Shown here in pieces: positions 40,754 to 52,170 of a stretch of DNA of 64,000 nt. Origin of the DNA: Octopus sinensis (Eukaryota); NCBI RefSeq assembly GCF_006345805.1, contig NC_043001.1, positions 132,866,001-132,930,000 of the forward strand, written 5' to 3'. The number at the start of each line of letters is the position of its first letter. Position 1 is the stretch's first letter. Under the pieces are notes generated by a model. The model saw only the letters and a program-made list of their open reading frames with translations. It was not told the origin of the DNA and did no database searches. The translations under genes were made by a program, and so were the position numbers.

Positions 40754-42047
40754 GGATGTGTGTGTCTTTGCATTTGTATTATGTTTGTCCCCACTACTGC
40801 TTAGCAAATGGGGTTGATTTGTTTGACTAAACCCTTGAAGGTGGTGCCCCAGCATGGCTGCAGTTCAATGACTGAAACGAGTAAATGAAAAAAGATAAAA
40901 TCTGGTAATCTAGGGCCTTATCTATACAGTTATTTCAACTCTGGAAATGAAACATAACTACCATTATATTTGTTTGATCACTGGCTTAATAGCGAAGTTC
41001 AGGATCTCAGAAATATGGAAAATATTCAACCCATTCCAAGGTATTTATGCCTTGAAAATTAAAACAACAAAAGAAAAACTACATGAAAATTGACAAAAAT
41101 GTCATAGAAACAGAAAATATTTGGAGAATTTATCTTTAAACTGTAGTTTTCAGGTGATAAAATGGAAAGGTATAGAATAAAATTAAATTAAATTAAAATA
41201 AAAATTAAATATATTAATCTATAAACATTTTCAGTTTTAATTCATTTATCATGAAATTTTAATCTTTCCAAAAAATACCTATTTTAACTGTTAAAAATGT
41301 ATCAAAAATATCAAGATAAATTGATATTCTGAAAATAAATTCATTATTTTTTTCTTTTATTTTTAATTAATATCCACCCCACATAAAAAAAAAAAGAAAA
41401 AATTGCAAAGTGTAAATGTCAATCCATAATAAATTAATAATATTCATAGATACACGAACAATTTTTCAGCAAAAGGTAGATTTACACCAAGCAAAATTGA
41501 TTTTGCTAGAGAAAATTAAATTGAACAAAGTATTTTTTCCTAATTCATTTAACTTACTAAATAAACTTTTCAAATTTTTACAAGCTGCTTATCATTTATC
41601 AATTTTAAACAAGAGTTATCTATTTTAGAAATAGATTTAAAAGAAGTTTTTTATGTTTTCATTTTACTTTTTAGTTTCTTCCAATTATAAAATATATTAC
41701 AGTATCAAGCTATTCACATGGCTAAACAGCTAAATATACAATTTTGTTTTAAATCATTCCAAGAAAACACACACACAAAAAAAAAGCAGTAAGTCATATT
41801 AATTCCCTTTACACATTCGTTAAAGACTCTCATAAATAAGTATGATGATATATAAACTTTTACAGATAGAATGTTAAATTCAAAGACAACTTTGATATGG
41901 ATAGTTATTTTTGGATGGACATAGTTAGGACTGTTGAACAAAAAAATTGAGAAATTCAAGGAGACTAGCAATAGTGTCATTTATGCTAATGCATGCCACA
42001 ATTAAACTCAAATTCTGGCATTCAACTTAGTCTTCTACCTTTTATCT

Positions 42048-42298
42048 TTTTCTTGTTTCAGTCATTAGACTGTGGTCATGCTGGGGCACCCCTTTAAGGG
42101 GTTTTAGTTGAACAAATCAACTCCAGGACTTGTTCTCTATAAGCCTAGTACTAATTCTATCGGTTTCTTTTGCCAAACCACTAACTTATGGGGACTTAAA
42201 CACGGTTGTCAAGCAATGATGGGGAGGAGATAAACACAGACAAACACAGAAACATATACATACATACATACATACATACATACATACATACATACATT

Positions 42299-42330
<32 letters not shown>

Positions 42331-42361
42331 CATACATACATACATACATACATACATACAT

Positions 42362-42425
<64 letters not shown>

Positions 42426-42597
42426 TATATATATATACAAGTTTCTTTCATTTTCCATCTACCAAATCCACTTGCAAGGCTTTGGTCAGGCCAAAACTGT
42501 AGCAGAAGACACTTGCCCAAGGTGCCATGCAATGGAACTGAACCCAGACTATGTGGTTCGGAAGCAACTTATTACAACACAACCATGCCAGCACCTA
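42048..42597 (-). mobile_element. SINE family B with expanded internal (TACA)n/(TA)n
   Basis: Family B head and tail flanking ~200 bp of microsatellite. Confidence 0.85.
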
Positions 42598-43361
42598 TGT
42601 TATTTGCTTTTTTCTTCCATCCAACAATGAACTAGCTTTATCTTTAATGTGCCTTACAGTTGCAACTGCATAAAGAAGCAACTTTATTCAATAGAATTTA
42701 CAAAACAAACAGCTGCAAGAAATTCATAAACTAAATATGTTATGTAAAATCTAGATTTCTGATCCTTATTTTTGTTATAATGGAAATAATATGCATTTTG
42801 CCAGCTGCAGCAAAATAAAGAAGAAAATCAGTCTTAGCAGTAGTCAGACTTGTAAACAAATCCCAATGCTACTAAATAAGTATCTAGTTCAGATGATCAA
42901 CTACAATGCCAGCATCTTGTTTTTAAATTTAAAAAAAAAATCAATATACTAATAAAATACACTTCTAATCTTTTTACATATCCTCTTATAGAATATTAGT
43001 TAACCATGAAAGAATTTTAGCTCAGCAATCCAGCTCCACAAATAATTCATCAATTATGCAAAATACCTTTACATACAGCAATGAAGTGTGTCAGCTAAAT
43101 GTACATAAAAGGAATGCAAAATGGATATTGCAAGTGCTGCAGTGTCTTCCATAGCATTGCTAGTATGATATCAAGCACAACGAAAGACAATTAATAATTA
43201 GGCAGCAGATGTTTACAAGATCAAATATAAAGTATGATAAACTTCTTTCTTGTCTTTTTGATTGTCAGTTAGATTTAAATATACCTTGACAAAATGAAAG
43301 CATAAACTAGGGAAGAAAATGCAAAACAAAAAGGGAATCCAGTATTCCATAATATATTAAG

Positions 43362-43855
43362 TAAAAAGCACTATCTGAATTGTGGCCGATGCCAGTGCCG
43401 CCTCGACTGGCTTCCGTGTCGGTGGCACGTAAAAAGCACCATCTGAATCGTAGCCGAAGCCAGTGCCGCCTCAACTGGCTTCCATAAAATGCACCATCCG
43501 AATTGTGGCCGATGCCAGCGCCGCCTCGACTGGCTTCCGTATCGGTGGCACGTAAAAAGCACCATCCGAATCATAGCCGAAGCCAGTGCCGCCTCAACTG
43601 GCTTCCATAAAATGCACCAATCCGACCGTGGCCGATGCCAACCTTGCCTGGCACCAGTGCAGGTGGCACGTAAAAAGCACTCACTACACTCACGGAGTGG
43701 TTGGCGTTAGGAAGGGCATCCAGCTGTAGAAACTTTGCCAGATAAGACCAGAGCCTGGTGCAGCCTTCTGGCTTCCCAGATCCCCGGTCGAACCGTCCAA
43801 CCCATGCTAGCATGGAGAACGGACGTTAAACGATGATGATGATGATGATGATGAT
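43362..43855 (+). mobile_element. RTE 3' UTR copy with 123-bp higher-order tandem repeat
   Basis: 68-bp and 55-bp subunits repeated twice (43377/43500 and 43445/43568), then the family C tail. Confidence 0.9.
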
Positions 43856-44238
43856 TAAGAGTGCCTTCTTAAAACTTTATCTTCTTCAGTGTATCTAGGA
43901 CATCTTGGTAAAAAAAAAATCATTCTTCATCAGTTTATACTCAGAGGAGGTTTTGAATCAGCAGTGCAAATCATTGAAACACATATTGGTATGTTTTTTA
44001 TAGTAACCTGAAGATATTTATTGCAGCCAGGTAAAACTAAGCCAATGAGAATTATGAGTTATAGTGGTAGGCACATCACAATGACAGTGACAGTATACAA
44101 GCAGACTGCCCATTCCATTCAGCTGATAAGCTTATTTTGCTATTCTCTCAGCCACCTATAACTCCAGATATGGAGGGGAAATATTGCAAAGAGTAGGAGA
44201 AAAGTCACAACAAAATGTAAAAGTAGATTACTCTCTCC

Positions 44239-44325
<87 letters not shown>

Positions 44326-44696
44326 GACTAAAGAGAAATCGAATGAAAGAAATCTTTAATTATGTGAAAACAAACATCACTGTCAGACACATATGATGGC
44401 GATAAAAATATCAGCTCATAAAACACTGGACATTGAAGCATCACTAAAATTGCTGCCTTCATCTAGCTGTATCTAAGACAAGTCAACCATACAAGACCAG
44501 AACTCATCTCATCCAAAATAACATTTAGGTGAAAACTTAAACTCAGTTGGCAATTATACAGTAAACTAGCCAGTTTAGTAGTTAGACAAGTGTGTAAAGA
44601 TATTTACATGCTGTTATAAAAGCTAAGTAAAGAAAGTATTAATATAGCAAGAACTATCTCAAACTGCTCTATTCAGAAAATAAGTGGTGGCTAGAT

Positions 44697-45200
44697 CATC
44701 ATCATCATTGTTTAACATCTGCTCTCCATACTGGCATGGGTTGGATGGTCTGACATGGAGCTGACTTGCAGGGAGCTGTCCAAAGTCCAACTGTCTGTTG
44801 TGGCATGGTTTCTATGGCTGAATGCCCTTCCTAATGCCAACCACTTAGCAAAGTGGGCCAGGTGCTTTTTATGTGCCACTGGCATGGGTGCGTTTACACA
44901 ACACCAGCATAGGTGCATTAACGCAGCACCAGAACAGGTACTTCTTAAGTGACACCAGCACCAGAAAGGACAAACCTGTATGTGAAGAAGACAAGCAATT
45001 TTACTTAGCTTGACATGTCTTGTCAAGTACAGCAAATCACCACATCTCTCAGTCCCTTGTCATTTCCTCAGTGAAGCCCAGCATCCCAAGATCCTTTCTT
45101 AACACTTCATCCTACATCTTCTTGGGTCTACCCCTTCCACAGGTACCCTTCACAATTAGAAGTTGGCACTTCTTTATACAGCTGTCCTCATCTATGAATT
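44697..45200 (-). mobile_element. RTE LINE 3' fragment (ORF end + UTR)
   Basis: Minus frame DEDSCIKKCQLLIVKGTCGRGRPKKM*DEVLRKDL, then the family C UTR. Confidence 0.85.
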
Positions 45201-45462
45201 GATTAGGTACTGAACAGTCACCTGGGGGATCAACAACTTTGTATCCTGTCAAAAAGAATTGCATGCCACTGAAATTACCTAGCTCTAAGTGCATCCAGTT
45301 TAACACATATGCTATATATACTTAGTGGTAGCAATAGCAAAGGTGATGATGATCATCATGGTAGTAGCAGTAGCAGTAGTAGTAGCAGCAGCTACAGCAA
45401 CAGTATTTAAACATTTGAGTTTTTTTTTTGTTTTTTTTTTGAAATTAAGAAAATTTCCTTAC

Positions 45463-45578
45463 CTGGGAATAATTCCTCTTTGTGCTGTTGGATCCTTGAC
45501 TCCTTGCATAGTAAAAGACTTCCCACAGCCTGTCTGGCCATAGGCAAAAATAGTCCCGTTATAACCTTCAGTGACACC
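45463..45578 (-). CDS. KIF17: Internal coding exon of a kinesin-2 motor (KIF17/OSM-3-like), containing the P-loop
   Basis: Minus strand reads ttttgtttAG|GGTGTCACT...ATTCCCAG|GTAAGG; 116 nt = 38 codons + 2. Translation [38 protein letters not shown](R) has the kinesin GQTGxGKS Walker A. [26 protein letters not shown]...QRGIIPR matches my recollection of KIF17. Orthology is not verified by search. Confidence 0.9.
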
Positions 45579-45959
45579 CTAAACAAAATGAATATGAAAA
45601 CAAAATAAGATATATGCATAGTTTGTGGTAAAGCGGAAAAATCGTTGATAGTTACATCTAAATGCATTGCTAAGTATACTTTGATGTAGTTACTGTTATT
45701 GCTGTTAGTAGTAGTAGTACTGATGGTGGTAGAAATGGTGATTGTGATGAGGTGGTGTGAGATAGCCTAGATCCGATCTTATTCAGAAGACCTATGATCA
45801 AATGCATTTTAAACAACACCACTGTGTTATCTTTTGTATTTTACTTCCTTTAGACTGTAGCCATGCTGGGGCAAGACCTCCATAAATTTCAGTTGAATGA
45901 ATCGATCACAATACCTTTTACTTATTTTTGCTTAAGCTTGGCACTTATTCTATTGGTCA

Positions 45960-46350
45960 CTGGCACTTGTGCCCCGTGCTATTAGGATGCTAAGAGCACC
46001 ATCCGAGCATGATCGTTGCCAGAGCAGCTAACTGGCTTCCATGCCGGTGGCATGTAAAAGGCACCATTCGAGCGTGATCGTTACCAGCATCGCCTTACTG
46101 GCACCTGTGCCAATGGCATGTGTAAAAAGATTCGAGCGAGGTTGTTGCCAGTACTGCCTGACTGACCCCATGCCAGTGGTATGTAAACGCACTCACTACA
46201 CTCTCAGAGTGGTTGGCATTAGGAAGGGCATCCAGCTGTAGAAACTCTGCCAGATCAAGATTGGAGCCTGGTGCAGCCTTCTGGCTTGCCAGTCCTCAGT
46301 CAAACTGTCCAACCTACGCTAGCATGGAAAGCGGATGTTAAACGATGATA
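45960..46350 (+). mobile_element. RTE 3' UTR copy with tandem units
   Basis: gccggtggcatgtaaaaggcacc units plus the family C tail. Confidence 0.85.
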
Positions 46351-46417
46351 ATATATATATGTCATCATATCAATCAAATAGTAATATAAATAATATATAT
46401 ATGCATGCATATATATA

Positions 46418-46453
<36 letters not shown>

Positions 46454-46457
<4 letters not shown>

Positions 46458-46658
46458 GGCAATGTTTCTACAGCTGGATGCCCTTCCTAACGCCAATCAC
46501 GGAGTGGTTGGCGTTAGGAAGGGCATCCAGCTGTAGAAACATTGCCAGATAAGACTGGAGCCTGGTGCAGCCTTCTGGCTTCCCAGATCCTTGGTCGAAC
46601 CGTCCAACCCATGCTAGCATGGAGAACGGACGTTAAACGATGATGATGATGATGATGA
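46454..46658 (+). mobile_element. 5'-truncated family C copy with 47-bp fold-back at its 5' end
   Basis: 46454-46500 is the reverse complement of 46504-46550 with 1 mismatch. Confidence 0.9.
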
Positions 46659-46704
46659 TATATATATATATATATAGACATATATACAGACATATATATA
46701 CACA

Positions 46705-47160
46705 TGCATATATGTGTACAGGACGTCACCAACTGTATGCCACATTAAATATGAAAACAAATGAGTTCAATATGCAAACAACGATAGAAATAAATGGAAA
46801 ACAACCCTTCATCAGTTGTCGGCTGTCTATCTACTCCTTATTTTGAGCAATGAACAACAATATTAGTCTTCAAAGACAGTTGCTCTCATGAGTACCAAAA
46901 TAACATTTGGGATTCATGGAGGGTCAAAGTTGGGAACAGAAACATGACAGTGGAGACATACAAGGAAACTGAATGAAAACAAATATGGAGGGTTGTAAGA
47001 CCAGAATGAGGGTAAAATAGTGAACGCTGGAGAAATATTTTCTTTGACAAGAGAAAAGACAGAAGAGACAGATAGGATATGTCCAGTCTTTAGGACAGTC
47101 CCGAATGAAAAAGAATATGATCAGGTGAGGAAAAGAAAGATGGACAATGGTCATGTGTGA
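46705..47160. repeat. Family G repeat
   Basis: Diverged direct copy of 49960-50385. Confidence 0.75.
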
Positions 47161-47220
47161 GCAACAAGAGAGAGAACAGGAGAAAGATGAGGAGTGAGAG
47201 AGAGAGACACACATTAATAC

Positions 47221-47253
<33 letters not shown>

Positions 47254-47269
47254 GATATATATACATATA

Positions 47270-47490
47270 TCTATGTGTGTGTCTTTGTTTCTGTGTTTGT
47301 CCTACACCACCACTTGACAAGTGGTGTTTGTGCGTTTACATACCCATAATTTAGCTGTTCGGCAAAAGGGTCCAATAGAATAATTACCAGGCTTAAAAGA
47401 CAAAAAGACCTCGGGTCAATTTGTTTAAGTGAAACTTTTTGAGGTAATGCTCCAGCATGGTCGTAGTCATATGACTGAAACAAGTTAAAG
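47270..47490 (+). mobile_element. SINE family B, 3' half
   Basis: tgtgtttgtcc...gcttgacaa...ccagcatggtcgtagtcatatgactgaaac. Confidence 0.75.
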
Positions 47491-49417
47491 ATAAATGATT
47501 ATGAGTCTATCCCTGTGTTGATCCTTGCTACATCGAACAAATGAAAGTATCAACTCCAGTTTCCACCCCAGCTTTAATTCTCTGTGATAGTCATTTGGCT
47601 ATTTATATTATAACATCTCTTTCAGAAGAGCATGGTAAAATAAAAATATGAAAAATCATGACTTCCTTACAAATAAGTTTAACAAAAGACTCCCTAAAAA
47701 GTAACATTAGAAAAATAATATAAAGCTACCCAAGAAATCCTGAAAGTGGTTGCTCAATCTACTAGAAATAGCAAGCAAATCATTCTCTAATTGCATCCTA
47801 CTCTCTTTAAAAAGAAGGACACTTTGGATAATGGGGTCCTAGGTTCTCCATGTCTCAACAAAAGACTGACAGGATGGACAGAGTTGGCTTAAATCTTACC
47901 TAAGACTAACCAATAATAAATATTATATAATAAGAATCATCATGTGTGTGTGATTGCATACATGTGTGTATGAATGTGTATGTGTGCATGTGTATAAATG
48001 CTTGCATGTGCACAATGTCATGTTCCTCATTCATGAGTGACACAGGAAATTTTTATTCTATATTCAGTGATAGGGGAATAGTTGATATTGTTAGGGAGTG
48101 AGTATTACTGAATGCAATAACATTTTGCCATTTCTTCTCAGATACTTAGGTCAAAGCTATCATTTAAGAGATAGTTGATTCATTTACATTTTAAGAAATG
48201 TTTTAATTATTTTTATTTTCTTGACTCTGTTCTCTAAGTAAGTTGACCATAAAGATTTTTTTTTTTTTTCAGTTTATCTCTTGAATATAATTATAGTCTT
48301 GAAATGAGCTGAAAAATATCACAGTTGACATTTAAATTTAAACCTCATATATCTAAACAGGCTAGCAAGAAAGATAGAGAGATAAAGAAAATTGTAAGAA
48401 GAAAGACGAATATTAACATTCAGTGAACAATATGAATTATAAAATCCTTTATTGAATAATTTCAAGTCTTTTAATCGTATTGAAGAAACCTTTGTTCATG
48501 ATTCTGATGTTGACATTTACATGCACTTTGGAATAAAATAAATAGATTGGTTCAGGAAGTCTATAATAGCGCCAGTCAATTGATGCCATGTTTTTCTATC
48601 AGATAGCAGTCTATAGATCAGAATCTTACCATCTGATTCGACTCAGCATAACTGCACCTTTGGTGATGCTAGAGTCTCATTCAGGAAGTGATTTCACACC
48701 CAGAATTTCCCCCCACATGCTCAGTTCAAAGTCCAGACGGAGATGTAAATCTCGTTTTCAATGAAATTAGTTTGCATATCTGATAAGATAAATGCCAAAG
48801 AACCATACACCTCTCCATGGAGTTCCAACAAATCATTTATGACATTACTGAAATTATGTCTGCTGTCTGGTATCTCTTTCAAATCATTGATAACTGAATT
48901 TCTCAGCAGCCATATTTATATGCTCTGGAAACAAAATATATAAATCACACATTTTTTTTTTCAAATAGAATCAAATTTTTTTCTTTTCACCATTTTTCAT
49001 TTCCGTTTTCTTTTGTTTTTTTTTGTTGTTGTTATTCTCCTCTAAATATAGTGCTAGCTAAAGTCAAAAATACATTTCACATAATTTTACTTATGTTTTC
49101 TTTTATTTCTACAACTTTCAAAATGATTAGGCTTCAAATCAAGAAATTTACAATACAAAGCACATCCTTGAATTTCAAGATGTCTTTAAAGTTTGATAGA
49201 TAGATGGACAGACAGACACACACACATACACACAGATAGATAGACAGATATTCGTATATGTGTGCGTGTGTATGTGTATATGTGTATATATATGTATATC
49301 TGTATGCACATATATGTATATATATGTCCATGTATACATATGTATGTATATATATATATATAATATATATATGTGTGTGTGTGTGTGTACATATATATAT
49401 GTGTATGTATGTGTGTG

Positions 49418-49448
<31 letters not shown>

Positions 49449-49499
49449 ATAGATAAACTTACATGGAAATGGATGTGTGACATTCAATCAAATATTAAT

Positions 49500-49609
49500 A
49501 TAAATAATATATGTATATATTATATATATATATATACATACATATATACATATACATATATATTATATATATATATATATATATAACATACATATATACA
49601 TATATATAA

Positions 49610-49662
<53 letters not shown>

Positions 49663-49742
49663 TACATATATATATATATACTATATATATATATATTATA
49701 TATAATATATTATATATATATATACATATATATATTATATAT

Positions 49743-49775
<33 letters not shown>

Positions 49776-49834
49776 TATATAATATATATATTATATATAT
49801 ATAATATATACATATACATATATATATATATATA

Positions 49835-49870
<36 letters not shown>

Positions 49871-49886
49871 CATATATACATATATA

Positions 49887-49928
<42 letters not shown>

Positions 49929-49932
49929 TATA

Positions 49933-49964
<32 letters not shown>

Positions 49965-49965
49965 G
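49500..49965. repeat. ~465-bp interrupted (TA)n tract
   Basis: Direct inspection. Confidence 0.95.
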
Positions 49966-50385
49966 CATATATGCGTACAGGACGTTACAAACTGTAAACA
50001 CATGAAATACAAAAACAAATGAGAGAAACAAATGGAAAACAGGGCAAGTAACATAAAGAAAGACCCTTCATCAGTTGTCATCTGTTCATCTACTCCTCAT
50101 TTCAAGCATTGAACAACAATATGAGTCTTCAAATGCAGTTGATTCCACAAGTGCCAAAAAAAATTTGGGATTTGTGGAGGGTCAAAGTTGGTAACAAAAA
50201 CAGCACAGTGGAGACATACAAGGAAACAAAACAAAAACAAACATGGAAGGTCGTTAGATCAGACAAACGTAAAATAGCAAATGCTGGAGAAATATTTTCT
50301 TTCACAAGAGAAAAGATAGAAGAGAGGGATAGATAGGATACGTGCAGTCTTTACAACAGCCCTGAAGGAAAAGAGAGATGGATGA
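49960..50385. repeat. Family G repeat
   Basis: Diverged direct copy of 46705-47160. Confidence 0.75.
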
Positions 50386-50904
50386 TGTTTTGCATTGTAC
50401 TGTATTATTATTATTGTTGTTGTTGCTATTATGCTGCTATTCCAACATATTATGATGTTGAAGTATTCTACCTGATTTTTTCCACATAATATGTACTGTG
50501 AACCGCATGATGCATATATTGTTTTGCTGGTATTATTGTTATTAATAATAATAATAATAATATTAGTAGCAATAGTGGTAATGGTAATGATAATGATGGT
50601 AATATTAATGGCATTTTGTAACTTAATATAATGAACTCTTGACTTTGTATATGCGCATTTGAATATATAGATATATGTATGTCTGTATATTGTAATATTC
50701 TAATATATCGATTTGACCAACTGTAACCTTGAATATAGAACATATGTATGTATATTGTTGTATATTATTATGTATATGTATATATATATATAGGAGCATG
50801 GGTATATGCACTCATATGTATGTGTATATTATATATTATGGGTATGTACCCACTCTTGTATGGGTGTACCTCCTCTGATATCCATATTTAGTTTGTACTT
50901 TATA

Positions 50905-51031
50905 ATCTCTGAAGAAGCCTTGGGATATTTTTGTAAGTGTCTCATTTATAACCACATATTAGCTTATCAAACCTGGCTAATATGAGCATAATGAGATATT
51001 CATATCTGCATGGCTGAAACAGCTGTAAGAT
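50905..51031 (+). ncRNA. Type I hammerhead ribozyme, intact core, long stem II, palindromic stem III
   Basis: Stem I ATCT 50905-08 / AGAT 51028-31; CTGAAGA 50909-15; stem II AGCC 50916-19 / GGCT 51012-15, extended by further helices; GAAA 51016-19; stem III AC-AGCT-GT; GUA triplet 51025-27. Confidence 0.75.
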
Positions 51032-51549
51032 GTAGTTTATATTTATATTTATATTTATTTATATTCATGCATATTGTACTTATTGTATCATATTACTCAT
51101 TGATGTGCATTGTTTTGTTCTATACTATTATGTTTGACCTTGATGTTCATATGTAGTGGGTTAACAAATTATGTGATTGGGTATTATCAGGTAGTTGATT
51201 ATTGATTAAGGTGTATTTCTCCATTTTCTTATTTTGTATTATTAATTTGTGGTAAAACATTTTACCTTTGCCCATATAATACAATAATTGAATTAATTGC
51301 ATCACAATTCTTAACATTTATGTATTAACTTTGTTGGGTGCTTTACTGGCAGTATATTGGATACATATTATCTGATGGTAGGCTGCACTCACAACCCCTA
51401 TCTCAATTTATATATAAATATATATATACATATACATGCAGACATATATATACATGTATGCATATATATGTATACATATATATATATATATATTATATAT
51501 ATATATATATATTATATATATATATATAATATATATATATATATTACAT

Positions 51550-51962
51550 AGGCGCAGGAGTGGCTGTGTGGTAAGTAGCTTGCTAACCAACCACATGGTT
51601 CCGGGTTCAGTCCCACTGCGTGGCATCTTGGGCAAGTGTCTTCTGTTATAGCCCCGGGCCGACCAATGCCTTGTGAGTGGATTTGGTAGATGGAAACTGA
51701 AAGAAGCCTGTCATATATATGTATATATATATGTATGTGTGTGTGTGTGTTTGTGTGTCTGTGTTTGTCCCCCTAGCATTGCTTGACAACTGATGCTGGT
51801 GTGTTTACGTCCCGTCACTTAGCGGTTCGGCAAAAGAGACCGAGAGAATAAGTACTGGGCTTACAAAGAATAAGTCCCGGGGTCGATTTGCTCGACTAAA
51901 GGCGGTGCTCCAGCATGGCTGCAGTCAAATGACTGAAACAAGTAAAAGAATAAAAGAATAAA
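51550..51962 (+). mobile_element. SINE family B, full length, young
   Basis: ggcgcaggagtggctgtgtggtaag head through the (taaaagaa)n tail. Confidence 0.92.
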
Positions 51963-52170
51963 GAATATATATATATATATGTATACGCCCCAGCATGGCC
52001 GCGGCCTTCGGGCTAAAACATTTTTAAGGATTTAAGGATTTATATATACATATATATATATATGTAAATATATATATATATGTAAATATATATATATATA
52101 CATATATATATATATGCATACATATATATATGTATATATATGTATATATAAGGAAACATAAATATATATA

